Virus record (IMG/VR): IMGVR_UViG_3300008117_000018 | Location: 32,001-96,000 of that record | Direction: 5' to 3' (one strand) | DNA: 64,000 bases | DNA from: a virus | Part shown: piece by piece, positions 38,221 through 47,853 of the stretch | How the letters are laid out: each line of letters begins with the position of its first letter | Numbering within the stretch: position 1 is the stretch's first letter | The notes under the pieces: generated by a model | What the model saw: only the letters and a program-made list of their open reading frames with translations | Databases searched by the model: none | Told to the model about the DNA's origin: nothing | Translations under genes and position numbers: made by a program

Positions 38221-41200
38221 ATGGCAATTCAAATTGGAAAATACAAGAGACCAGGAATCTTCATAGAAGAATTTGACAATTCAATAATCGCTTCTCCAGT
38301 TGTTGAAGGTATAACTAACCTTATCATAGGTGTTTCTAAAAAAGGACCTGTGAATACACCAATTAGAGTACAGACAGTTGGTGACTTTGAAGCCATTTTT
38401 GGTCAATTGGACAGAAATCTTGAAAGAAAAGGTTCTTTCTTTCATAGAACAGTTGCAAAAATGCTTGAGACAGCGCCAGTTTTCGCGATGAATCTTTTAA
38501 TGACAGATGATAATTTAGACTTAATTGATTATAAATCAATGTCTTCATCAGCACAATATAATAATGACATTTTAAGAGATGGTCCTTATAGAAGATTTTT
38601 CGATACAACAGGGTTCTGGAAAAGAGATACTGAGTCATTCATTAACTTAACTAAAAATAATACAGGTTATGCAGAGAGAGCATTTAGTTTCACTAATCTT
38701 TCCGACAGAGCAATATCAGTATTTATTTTTAAATCAAGTTTAGTTGGATTCAATAGAACTCTATTAGAATGGTACGGTTCTATTGACAAAATGCCAACCT
38801 ATGTTAATCCACAAGATTACGCATCTGACTATTTAGTAGATGTAGTTGTAGTTGGAGGAGACTGGTCAAACTATCAAGAACTAGCTGTTGATACAAGATG
38901 GAGTGCTTATTTTAACGCATCGGGTCTTAGAAAAGAACAAATTAGAAATTTTGCCAATGACAGAAATGTAAACCTACTAGCATACTACGAAGGTTTATCA
39001 TTAATTCCATATTTTAGAGATTTAAATGGTAGAAATATTTTCATTGAAACCACTATTAACAGAGACACAGATAGAACTGGTTTATTCTGCGCATTCAACA
39101 CAGACTTAGTAGAAGATGATTACTACAATGGTTTGCTAGATATAATTGGTAATACAATTGTTGGCCAAGTAGAAGCAGATATTGACTTTTTATCATATAA
39201 AGAAACAATTGCTGAACAAATTGAAATAACAGCAGTTCCATTAGATTTACCAGGAAACGTAACATCTATATTTGGAGCAACCGGTGCTTATAGTTCAGGA
39301 TATCAAGGTCAGGATGAACACGCTTTTGGTGAATCAGGTATTTACGGACCTAACGGAGGCGGTGATCCTGCTACAACATCAGCAGTTATCAATAACGGTG
39401 ATAATAGAACTGGATGGTTTGGTGAAGGGTCAGTTTATAACGTGGAAGAAGGAACAACAAGCTTAACTGGAACTGGTTCTATTTCAATTAGTTATAATGT
39501 AGGCGCAGGAGCTTTTGCTATTATTGGTGATACTTATATAACTTTATCAACTACATCATCAACTACAGAAACATTGACTGTTAATTCTAGTGATTATCCT
39601 ATATCATCTAGCACAAACTCATATGTAGCAACTTTTGTTGTAGACTCTACAGGAGAATTTAAAACAATAACATCTACTTTAGCATTTGACGGCACTAATT
39701 ATCCGACGGTAAGTAGCACAGATGTAGTTTTAGGTTATGTAACATTCGGAATAGGTAGCAATGGTCAATTCGCTGGTGGAAAAACTATGTCTAGAGTAAC
39801 AATTGACTCTAACGGATTCAAAAACCTTAACTTTGGAACAGCATCAGGAAATGACTTCTATATATCAGAAGTGAATGGCGTTGGTTCTGGAGATTCAATA
39901 AAAATTGAATTCTTAGGCACAAACACACAACCTTCAGTAAGAAACTATGCACAATACAGAAGGTTTAAAATGTTTAATAGATTAGTAAATCTTATTGATA
40001 GCCCTAATAAAAATAAAATGTCTCTAAACTTAGGAAAAACTAAAAATTATAGAAAAATTAGTTTTGACCAAATTGAAATTAGTGATATTCAAACTAATTC
40101 AACTCAAAACAAATCTTTTGTTTTGAAAACAGGACTAACTTCATCTGAATTATCAGAAGTATTACAGGGTCAACTTGTTATTTATACATTAGATAACGAA
40201 TTTATTCTTGGTTCTGAATCAGTATCTACAAAAGAATCAGCAGCAACAACAACAGACGGTGTCGTGGCTAAATATTCTAAGTTTTATTCAAGATACTATG
40301 ATGGTATTACAAATACTAGAGACTTCTTCTACAGCAACAGACTTTATCAAGATTATAGTGGTTCAACAAACACTTTATTAGGTGAAATGGTTGACATTAC
40401 GTTCTTAGACGGAGAAGTAGCTGCGGGTCTTACTTCATCATATGCAGGATATGACTACATTGTTTTTGAAACAGATGCGATGTCAGCCACTGCTGCGGCA
40501 ATTCAATTAGATTTTCAGACTTATGAACAAATTTTGTTCCCAGGTGCTCAATTAAATAAAGGCACATTCACCATAGTAACAAATGCGGTTGATCCGTTAA
40601 TGACACCAAATGAATTAGCTAATGAATTGGGTATACCAAATGGATTCGCTTACCAGATTAATGAGGAAGTTGAATTTGAATACTTACCTGAGCAAAATCT
40701 TGTTTATAATTTCTTAAAGAAACATTACTTAAAAATGTATCTTGAAAATGACGGAGACCTACAAGTAGAATTTTTAGATGAACTTCTTGAATCAGATGAA
40801 GATGTTAATATTGAAGCTAATAATACATTCTATATTCAATCTAATAAATCAAATCTTAAACAAACAGTTGAGATTGAAATACCTACATCATATGTTCAAA
40901 CACCAAATAAGATACTTATCAAAGGTGATAGATATACTGAAGTAAAAGTAGGTGATTTCTTAGAAGCTTATGTAGACGAAAGTACTCTACAATTAGGTCA
41001 ATATCCAAGAAAACTAACAAGAATTCTTAGCAAAAGAGCTTGGTCAGGTGACTCTACTCTTACAGAAGTAACTTGTGATGCTAGAATTAAAAAATACAAT
41101 TTTGGTGGTGATTATCAAACAATGAGATACGTTTCCATCGAAAATTATGTAACTACATACAAAGCAATTCCTTTGGATGGATTCAGAATAAGACAAGCAT

Positions 41201-42204
41201 CTTTACCAGATGGTACAGAAACTAGACAAAATTCAATACTAAACTTAGTATCTAAAGGAACACCTTTATTCAAAGCAATTACAAATAAAGAGGCAATAGA
41301 CTTCAGATATCTAATTGATTCATTTGGATTAGGTCTTACTGAGAGATCAAAACAACAATTAGTTGATATATGTGGTGAAAGATTAGACGCATTTGGTATA
41401 TTAAATATGCCATCTTTGAGACAATTCAAAAACTCTTCTTCACCATCATTTGTAAACGCAGAGGGTGTGTTACAATTAGAATATGTTGCACAAGGAGGTG
41501 ATCCTGAAAGCAACCCGGCATTCCTTTACTCTTTTGGAGAAGGAGCTGGTTCTACTTGTGTAGGTTACTTTAGTCCATACGTGTTAATTAATGACAACGG
41601 TAGACCATTAGAACACCCACCAGCACCATTCGTAGCAACTACATTTATGAGAAAACACATTTCAAATGTCACATCTGTTACACCGTGGACAATATCAGCT
41701 GGTATTACTAATGGTAGAATTACAAATATAAACGGACTTGAAATGGATTTCACACCGAGTGATGTAGAGTATATGAATCAAGCACAAATGAATCCACTTG
41801 TATTCAAAAGAAACAGAGGATATGTAATTGAAACTGAAAACACTGCTCAAACACTTTACAAATCAGCTCTATCTTACATTCACGTTAGAGAGGTATTGAT
41901 TGAACTTGAAAGAGATTTATCAGCTATGTTACTTGATTATCAGTGGAAATTTAACACATCTGATGTTAGAGCGGAAATTAAACTAAGAGCTGACTCTATT
42001 TGTGAATCATTTGTAAGTAGAAATGGTCTTTATAACTTCTTCAACAAAATGGACGAAGAAAACAATACACCAGAGATTATAGATAATCAAATTGGTGTTC
42101 TTGATACCTATGTAGAACCAATTAAAGGTATGGGTATTATTGTGAACAATATCACAATTCTAAGAACAGGAGCTATAAGCGCTGGTGGATTTATAAATCC
42201 TTAA
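38221..42204 (+). CDS. gp18: Tail sheath protein (T4 gp18-like) with large insertions
   Basis: RPGIFIEEFDNS, GVSKKGPVNTP...F..IFG, PW...AG..NG, NP, SALSYIHVREVLI, DEENNTPEIIDN. Confidence 0.93.
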   Translation: MAIQIGKYKRPGIFIEEFDNSIIASPVVEGITNLIIGVSKKGPVNTPIRVQTVGDFEAIFGQLDRNLERKGSFFHRTVAKMLETAPVFAMNLLMTDDNLDLIDYKSMSSSAQYNNDILRDGPYRRFFDTTGFWKRDTESFINLTKNNTGYAERAFSFTNLSDRAISVFIFKSSLVGFNRTLLEWYGSIDKMPTYVNPQDYASDYLVDVVVVGGDWSNYQELAVDTRWSAYFNASGLRKEQIRNFANDRNVNLLAYYEGLSLIPYFRDLNGRNIFIETTINRDTDRTGLFCAFNTDLVEDDYYNGLLDIIGNTIVGQVEADIDFLSYKETIAEQIEITAVPLDLPGNVTSIFGATGAYSSGYQGQDEHAFGESGIYGPNGGGDPATTSAVINNGDNRTGWFGEGSVYNVEEGTTSLTGTGSISISYNVGAGAFAIIGDTYITLSTTSSTTETLTVNSSDYPISSSTNSYVATFVVDSTGEFKTITSTLAFDGTNYPTVSSTDVVLGYVTFGIGSNGQFAGGKTMSRVTIDSNGFKNLNFGTASGNDFYISEVNGVGSGDSIKIEFLGTNTQPSVRNYAQYRRFKMFNRLVNLIDSPNKNKMSLNLGKTKNYRKISFDQIEISDIQTNSTQNKSFVLKTGLTSSELSEVLQGQLVIYTLDNEFILGSESVSTKESAATTTDGVVAKYSKFYSRYYDGITNTRDFFYSNRLYQDYSGSTNTLLGEMVDITFLDGEVAAGLTSSYAGYDYIVFETDAMSATAAAIQLDFQTYEQILFPGAQLNKGTFTIVTNAVDPLMTPNELANELGIPNGFAYQINEEVEFEYLPEQNLVYNFLKKHYLKMYLENDGDLQVEFLDELLESDEDVNIEANNTFYIQSNKSNLKQTVEIEIPTSYVQTPNKILIKGDRYTEVKVGDFLEAYVDESTLQLGQYPRKLTRILSKRAWSGDSTLTEVTCDARIKKYNFGGDYQTMRYVSIENYVTTYKAIPLDGFRIRQASLPDGTETRQNSILNLVSKGTPLFKAITNKEAIDFRYLIDSFGLGLTERSKQQLVDICGERLDAFGILNMPSLRQFKNSSSPSFVNAEGVLQLEYVAQGGDPESNPAFLYSFGEGAGSTCVGYFSPYVLINDNGRPLEHPPAPFVATTFMRKHISNVTSVTPWTISAGITNGRITNINGLEMDFTPSDVEYMNQAQMNPLVFKRNRGYVIETENTAQTLYKSALSYIHVREVLIELERDLSAMLLDYQWKFNTSDVRAEIKLRADSICESFVSRNGLYNFFNKMDEENNTPEIIDNQIGVLDTYVEPIKGMGIIVNNITILRTGAISAGGFINP

Positions 42205-42223
42205 TTTAATCAAATAAAAATAG

Positions 42224-42250
42224 AAACCCTCAATTTATTGAGGGTTTTTT
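42224..42250 (+). terminator. Terminator after the sheath gene
   Basis: AAACCCTCAAT-tt-ATTGAGGGTTTTTT. Confidence 0.85.
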
Positions 42251-42259
42251 GTTTTATAT

Positions 42260-42288
42260 TAAACTTTTAACGTATTAATTATTATAAT
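42260..42288 (+). promoter_or_regulatory. Representative putative middle promoter TAAAC(T/A)-N16/17-TA(T/C)AAT
   Basis: TAAACT-N17-TATAAT here; variants at 13339, 20157, about 20169 (-), about 21780 (-), 24350, 44352 and 48640. Confidence 0.6.
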
Positions 42289-42335
42289 AGAGGAATAGTT
42301 ATATAGAATATATATTTAAAAAATAACAAATTAAT

Positions 42336-43277
42336 ATGTCAAATAATAAGAATGAAATGTCTGAAGAAGAATACTTAAAAAGACATTTGACCGAAATGGA
42401 TCAAGGTAAAAATCAATTTAGCGATATACCTTTCCAAAATGCAGAACCCGTGATAGAACAAAGAGTAGATGACTTACATTTCTTCAGTTTTGATGTAAAA
42501 GAATTACCTTGCGGTAAGTTTTATCCATCCGGAACACTACTACAAGTAAGAGCAGCACAAGTAAAAGAAATTCAAGCATATTCAATGGTTGACGATAATA
42601 ACTTTTACGATATAGTAGAAAAGATGAATTCTATGTTACAATCTTGTATAAGAGTAAAATACTCTGACGGTAGAGTTGGTTCTTATTTAGAAATTAGAGA
42701 CCAAGATAGATTATATCTGATATTCCTTATAAGAGAATTGACTTTTCAACAGGGAAATAGTCTATCAGTAAAAACAAATTGTAAAGCTTGTAATACAGAA
42801 ACACAAATAGAAATAAAAAGAAGTACATTTGTATATTATGACGTAGATGAAAAATTAGAAAAATTCTACAGCCCATCTACAAATTCTTTTCATTTTAGAT
42901 TGAAAAACGGAAAAGAATTCGAGGTGACACCTCCAAATATTGGTTTACAAAAATCTTTTACAGATTATATCATTAAAGAAAATCAAGAAAAAAGAACACC
43001 AAACCTTTCTTTCTTGAAAATAATTCCTTTTATGTTACCTGGTAGAACATCTATAACATACGATGGTATAAAATCAAAACTACGCGAATTTGAAGATATG
43101 GATGATATATCATTTCAATTTTTGAATTCAGCCATAGGTAAAATGACATTTGGTGTAAAAGAACTGAAATATGATTGTTCGTGCGGAGAGGAGGTCCGCA
43201 CAGATATGCAATTTCCCAACGGAGCCTCAGGCATTTTCGTTATTCACGATGCCTTTGAAGCATATATTAAAGAATAA
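42336..43277 (+). CDS. gp26: Baseplate hub protein (T4 gp26-like)
   Basis: LPCGK.Y, VKEI, DRLYLIFLIRELT, CxxC, terminal C.CG...F. Confidence 0.7.
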   Translation: MSNNKNEMSEEEYLKRHLTEMDQGKNQFSDIPFQNAEPVIEQRVDDLHFFSFDVKELPCGKFYPSGTLLQVRAAQVKEIQAYSMVDDNNFYDIVEKMNSMLQSCIRVKYSDGRVGSYLEIRDQDRLYLIFLIRELTFQQGNSLSVKTNCKACNTETQIEIKRSTFVYYDVDEKLEKFYSPSTNSFHFRLKNGKEFEVTPPNIGLQKSFTDYIIKENQEKRTPNLSFLKIIPFMLPGRTSITYDGIKSKLREFEDMDDISFQFLNSAIGKMTFGVKELKYDCSCGEEVRTDMQFPNGASGIFVIHDAFEAYIKE

Positions 43278-43500
43278 ACTTTTACTTCAGAAACATTTCA
43301 ATCTTCAAGAATTATCAATTGATAAATGGCCATTTTGGATGTTCGAAGAAAATATTAAAATTGTTAATGAGATTGTTGAAGAGGAAGAAAAACAGAGAAA
43401 GAAAGACGAAGAAGCTCAAAACAAACAAATGGGTAACTTCGATGCAAACTCAATGATGAGAAATGCACAAAGTATGACAAACAATGTCCCTAAATTTTAA
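43249..43500 (+). CDS. gp51: Baseplate hub assembly protein (gp51-like); start revised to MPLKH (43249)
   Basis: LLLQKHFNLQELSIDKWPFWMFEENIKIVNEIVEEEEK; positioned directly after gp26-like. Confidence 0.6.
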   Translation: MPLKHILKNKLLLQKHFNLQELSIDKWPFWMFEENIKIVNEIVEEEEKQRKKDEEAQNKQMGNFDANSMMRNAQSMTNNVPKF

Positions 43501-43502
43501 AT

Positions 43503-43568
43503 AAAAAACCCTCAGATTCTGAGGGTTTTTTTTGCACAAAAAAAACCCTCTTTATTAAAGAGGGTTTT
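43503..43568. terminator. Two tandem intrinsic terminators between convergent genes
   Basis: AAAAAACCCTCAGA-t-TCTGAGGGTTTTTT and AAAACCCTCTTTA-t-TAAAGAGGGTTTT. Confidence 0.85.
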
Positions 43569-43585
43569 ACTAAATATTTTTAGTA

Positions 43586-44221
43586 TTAGTATAATCCAGT
43601 AGGAGCCGCAACAGTTTGCTCACTAGCACTATCAATGTATTCATCAACAAAGTAATCCCATACAAATGTTCCTGTAACATCCTGAACGATTGTATTAGAA
43701 GACCAATCTAAATCCCAACCAGTCAATGACTTTAACTGAACACTATTAAAAGTTACTCTTCTTAACACAACACCTTTTTTATCGTGTTGGTTTACAATAA
43801 TAGAACCAATAAGGTCTGCTTTATAGTGAGTATAACCATTTTGAGAGTTAAATAACAAATCATACCAAGCTTTTAACGTATTCCAAACTTCCATTGAACC
43901 AGCATCATTAACATTGACTTGGAATGGTATAGAAAGTTCACCAGACGTTTTAGTTGGTGTAGTTAAAAACTCTCTTGTTGAATACTTAAAACGTTGAGTA
44001 GCTTGTCCAACATCAAAGGCTGTAAGGTTAGCACCTCCTAAGTTTACTTTTGTAGCATTTTCTAACAAAAGAACTGGGTCTCTACCTTGATCATCTACTA
44101 ATATTGTAGGTAAGATAAAAGTTATCTCAAATAAGTTAAGATACACAACTTCTTCTGGTAATGAACCAGGAACTCCCGGTGTTCCAGTTTGTTTTAAATT
44201 GGTAAAATGTGGTAATGGCAT
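43586..44221 (-). CDS. gp19: Tail tube protein (T4 gp19-like)
   Basis: NLFEITF, L..WYD, YKAD...I.V.Q.DKKG, LDWS, TF.WDY. Confidence 0.8.
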   Translation of the reverse strand: MPLPHFTNLKQTGTPGVPGSLPEEVVYLNLFEITFILPTILVDDQGRDPVLLLENATKVNLGGANLTAFDVGQATQRFKYSTREFLTTPTKTSGELSIPFQVNVNDAGSMEVWNTLKAWYDLLFNSQNGYTHYKADLIGSIIVNQHDKKGVVLRRVTFNSVQLKSLTGWDLDWSSNTIVQDVTGTFVWDYFVDEYIDSASEQTVAAPTGLY

Positions 44222-44384
44222 CTTTTTTTTATTATTTTTTATTTAATTTATAAACAAATTATGTATTATATATTATAATTTTATTCGTCTCTATCTTTTT
44301 TAATCTTTATAAGGTATATATTTATTTAAAAAATTGATTTTTTTCTAAATCTAAACAAACAAATCACTTTACAATACAATAAAT

Positions 44385-45512
44385 ATGAGTAAAATATATT
44401 TAATTGGTGATAGCCACATAGGCTTAGGATACCCAAATTCAGTCGACAAATGGTATAAAGTACACAAAGAATATTTTTCGGAATTTCTTATACCGACATT
44501 AAAAAAAAGAGTCAAATCAGGAGATATAATAATACACTTAGGTGACTTATTTGATAACAGAAACATTATTCCTATAAATCTTTTGAATTACGGAATGGAT
44601 ATAGTTGAAGAACTATCTAAAATAGCACCGACACACATTATCATTGGAAATCACGACCTTTGGTCAAAATCAGCCTCTGAAATCAACTCTATAAGACCAT
44701 TTAGGTATATTCCTAATGTCACAATTTATGATAAAGTATCAAAGATTGAATATAATGGTGGAAAACTATTAATGATGCCATACATTGAAAAGAGGTTAGA
44801 ACAAGTCAAACACATAGACGAAAATAGAGATTGTGATTATTTATTCTGTCACTCAGACTTAAATGGTTGTAAAATGCACCTAACATCAGTTGCTCACAAA
44901 AATTCAGACAAAATTGACATAGAAAACTTTTCAGCCTTTAAAGGTGTTTATTCAGGTCACATTCATTTAGTACAGACAAATAAAAACTTTACTTTTGTTG
45001 GCTCTATATTCCAAATGGATAGAAATGATTTTGGTGACCAAAAAGGAATCTTCGTTATTGATACAGAAGACAATACAGAAGAGTTTATTCCTAATAAAGT
45101 ATCACCGGTTTTCAAAAAGGTAAGAGTGGTCGGAGAGGAAGATATAGAAGTTTTAGAAACATTAAAAGACACAAAAGACTACGTTGATATTTCAATATCA
45201 AATAATCTACTAATATCTAATAGAAAATTAAGAAGAAAGCTTGAGATCATTTTAGAAAAGAGCAATTTTGCATCAGTAGAATACATAGATGATATAACTA
45301 AAGAATTAGAAGATAACGAACAAGAATCAATAAATGAAAATTTAGACGAAGAAAAAATAGACATTTCTATACAACTTGACTATGAAGACTACGTAAAAGA
45401 ATATATTCTGAAACAAAACTATGATAATGAAAAGTTCAAATCTGGTCTTTTAACAGAGTATGATGAAGTAATAAGAATTTTTAAAGAAAACTATAACTCA
45501 AAATTAGATTAA
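44385..45512 (+). CDS. gp47: Recombination nuclease (T4 gp47/Mre11/SbcD-like)
   Basis: GDSHIG, HLGDLFDNR, GNHD, CH, SGHIH, VGS. Confidence 0.92.
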   Translation: MSKIYLIGDSHIGLGYPNSVDKWYKVHKEYFSEFLIPTLKKRVKSGDIIIHLGDLFDNRNIIPINLLNYGMDIVEELSKIAPTHIIIGNHDLWSKSASEINSIRPFRYIPNVTIYDKVSKIEYNGGKLLMMPYIEKRLEQVKHIDENRDCDYLFCHSDLNGCKMHLTSVAHKNSDKIDIENFSAFKGVYSGHIHLVQTNKNFTFVGSIFQMDRNDFGDQKGIFVIDTEDNTEEFIPNKVSPVFKKVRVVGEEDIEVLETLKDTKDYVDISISNNLLISNRKLRRKLEIILEKSNFASVEYIDDITKELEDNEQESINENLDEEKIDISIQLDYEDYVKEYILKQNYDNEKFKSGLLTEYDEVIRIFKENYNSKLD

Positions 45513-45513
45513 A

Positions 45514-45744
45514 ATGAAATGCTTAGAAGTTTTTGATAGGTGCAAAATAAATAAACCATTCTCAAAAGAACTCAAAATATACTCGGAAAAATATTTGAAA
45601 TCAATACTGAAAGAATTAGAAGAAATAGAAGAATACGAGAAATGTCATTTTTTAAATTCATTCATTAAAGAAAGATTTAATCACAAAAAAAACTATTTAA
45701 ATGGTAGCCATTTGCACAATGATATGCAAACCATTTCACTTTGA
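45514..45744 (+). CDS. Small protein with UVR (UvrB/UvrC)-like motif
   Basis: LKELEEIEEYEKCHFLNSFI. Confidence 0.5.
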   Translation: MKCLEVFDRCKINKPFSKELKIYSEKYLKSILKELEEIEEYEKCHFLNSFIKERFNHKKNYLNGSHLHNDMQTISL

Positions 45745-46501
45745 AACTTGGTTAAACTATCACTTTAGTATAGGTGTCGAATATATTTTCTTGAGAGTTG
45801 AAAATACTCCGGAGTTAGAAGAAATTATTTCAAAATATTCAAACGTATTTGCATACTACGACTCTGATGTTAATACTTTTAATAACTACTGGACAATTCA
45901 AAAAAGACAAAACCATTTTTTTGAAACAATAAAACAAAAAATGTTAGATTTAAACATTGAATGGGTCGTCTCAAATATAGATTCTGACGAACTACTTTGT
46001 TGTGAAAACATAAATGAAATTTTAAAAAATGTTCCAAAAAATTATGACGTTGTTCAAATATCTAATTACGAGGCAGTTTACTCAAATGACAACGTTGATA
46101 ATCCATTCATAGAAACAAATACTTTTATAGAAAATAATTTTTTAGCATACGGAAATGGTAAATCCGCGTCTAGATTAAATGAAAAAACCGAAACACATGG
46201 TCCACATTCATTCAAAGGTTCGGTTTTTAAACTTCTTCCAAGAAAAATCTGCGTTTTACACTACGAATCTTCAAATTTTGAAAGATGGTACACTAAATTT
46301 AAAAACTACAACCAGACAGATAAAGAATTAATTGATAAAATACCATTTCCATTTTATAAAGAATCAATCGAAATAATAAGAGAAGGTAACAAAGAAAAAG
46401 CAAGAAAATATTTTAATAAAAAAAAGGTTGATATATCAGAAAACACTTTAAAATTGTATTGGACACCTACATTACAACAAAAAAATATTTGCTGGGGTTA
46501 A
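45701..46501 (+). CDS. GT-A fold glycosyltransferase (GT92/GT2_4-like)
   Basis: WLNYH..IGV..IFL, RQ, NIDSDE, Y.NGKSA, LHYES. Confidence 0.75.
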   Translation: MVAICTMICKPFHFETWLNYHFSIGVEYIFLRVENTPELEEIISKYSNVFAYYDSDVNTFNNYWTIQKRQNHFFETIKQKMLDLNIEWVVSNIDSDELLCCENINEILKNVPKNYDVVQISNYEAVYSNDNVDNPFIETNTFIENNFLAYGNGKSASRLNEKTETHGPHSFKGSVFKLLPRKICVLHYESSNFERWYTKFKNYNQTDKELIDKIPFPFYKESIEIIREGNKEKARKYFNKKKVDISENTLKLYWTPTLQQKNICWG

Positions 46502-46502
46502 T

Positions 46503-47147
46503 TTACTTTTTAAGAGTGATTGTAATAGTAGCACTTTTATCACCATATCTATCTTCTGTTATTTCCTTTTCAACATTAAATTTTGAAAAATCTATACCTC
46601 TAAAAAGACCATTCCATTTTCTATCAGTATAAGAACTTACATATCCATTACAATTAACAGTGATTTTCAATTCTTCTTTATCCAATTTCTTAGTCATACC
46701 ATTAACAAAGTCGCTTTTAGCAGCAAATGTTTTTTTAGTCATTTCATTATAAAGTTGTTGAACTAAAAACAAAGGTCCATCGACTTTAGATTTTTGTATA
46801 AAAGTAACTACTATATGATGTCTCATATGTGGATTTATTGAAACTCTAGAGCTTTCTAAGCGATTTTTAAGAGCTATTAACTCATCTAAGAAATCCCAAA
46901 ATTTATCATCAATAATTGTTTCACTGTATCCACCAGATGGTCCTAATTTAAAAGAGTTTCTAAATATTATATTAATAGATTTATATCCAGAAAATTCACC
47001 TTCGGTTATAATTCTTGGTTCCGAAAAAGAATATTCAATTCCTAGGTCAGCAATAGGAAGTAATAACTCATCTAAATCTTCTTTAGATAAATCTGTTATA
47101 TCCTGAGATTCATTTAAATGTTGTAAAAACTTATGTAAGTATTTCAT
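46503..47147 (-). CDS. Hypothetical protein (MKYLHKFLQHLNES N-terminus)
   Basis: ORF in the late operon. Confidence 0.7.
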   Translation of the reverse strand: MKYLHKFLQHLNESQDITDLSKEDLDELLLPIADLGIEYSFSEPRIITEGEFSGYKSINIIFRNSFKLGPSGGYSETIIDDKFWDFLDELIALKNRLESSRVSINPHMRHHIVVTFIQKSKVDGPLFLVQQLYNEMTKKTFAAKSDFVNGMTKKLDKEELKITVNCNGYVSSYTDRKWNGLFRGIDFSKFNVEKEITEDRYGDKSATITITLKK

Positions 47148-47848
47148 TATTTGTTTTTAAGTTTTTTATCTAATATCTGAGCAATATGACTTCCTATAAA
47201 AAAGTGAAAGTTTTTCAGTGTATCTGTATCAAAAGTTTCTATTTCGTCCATAAATCTAAACTGAAATCTATAATAATCATTTGAGTTATCACTATCATCA
47301 ATATAAACTTTTTTTATAGACAACTCCATATCATATTGATTATTAATGTTGATTTTAAAATCAAAAGTGGTTTTGTCACAAGGAGTGTGTTTAAATTTTG
47401 GTTGATACTGAACATCAAAAACCGAATAATCAGTTATATTCTCTCTGCGCATATAATAATTTAAGAACATTGAAGGTGCCTCAATAAAGTCCGAAAGTAT
47501 CTGTAAATCTTCTCCAAAATCATTTGAATCTACTATATCTTCTATCTTTTTCTTTAAATCTAAGAGATTTTCAAATTGAATTTTATGATAAACACAATTA
47601 ATTTCGTACAAATAAATAAACGAATTTTCAATTAAGTTCTTTTTTTCCGAGTCTACTTTAAATATAAATTTAGTATGAATTATTGAAATATCTTCAGTTG
47701 ACAATCCATGTAAAGTTATTACAAGTTTTAAATAACTATCATCATCTGGTTTTTCATATAATGTCTCAATAGACGAAACCACTGTCTCATCTTCAGTTGT
47801 AAACAACTCTTTAAATATTTCTTCGACCTCTGATATTTTTACTCCCAT
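47147..47848 (-). CDS. Hypothetical protein
   Basis: ORF in the late operon. Confidence 0.7.
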   Translation of the reverse strand: MGVKISEVEEIFKELFTTEDETVVSSIETLYEKPDDDSYLKLVITLHGLSTEDISIIHTKFIFKVDSEKKNLIENSFIYLYEINCVYHKIQFENLLDLKKKIEDIVDSNDFGEDLQILSDFIEAPSMFLNYYMRRENITDYSVFDVQYQPKFKHTPCDKTTFDFKININNQYDMELSIKKVYIDDSDNSNDYYRFQFRFMDEIETFDTDTLKNFHFFIGSHIAQILDKKLKNK

Positions 47849-47853
47849 ATTAA

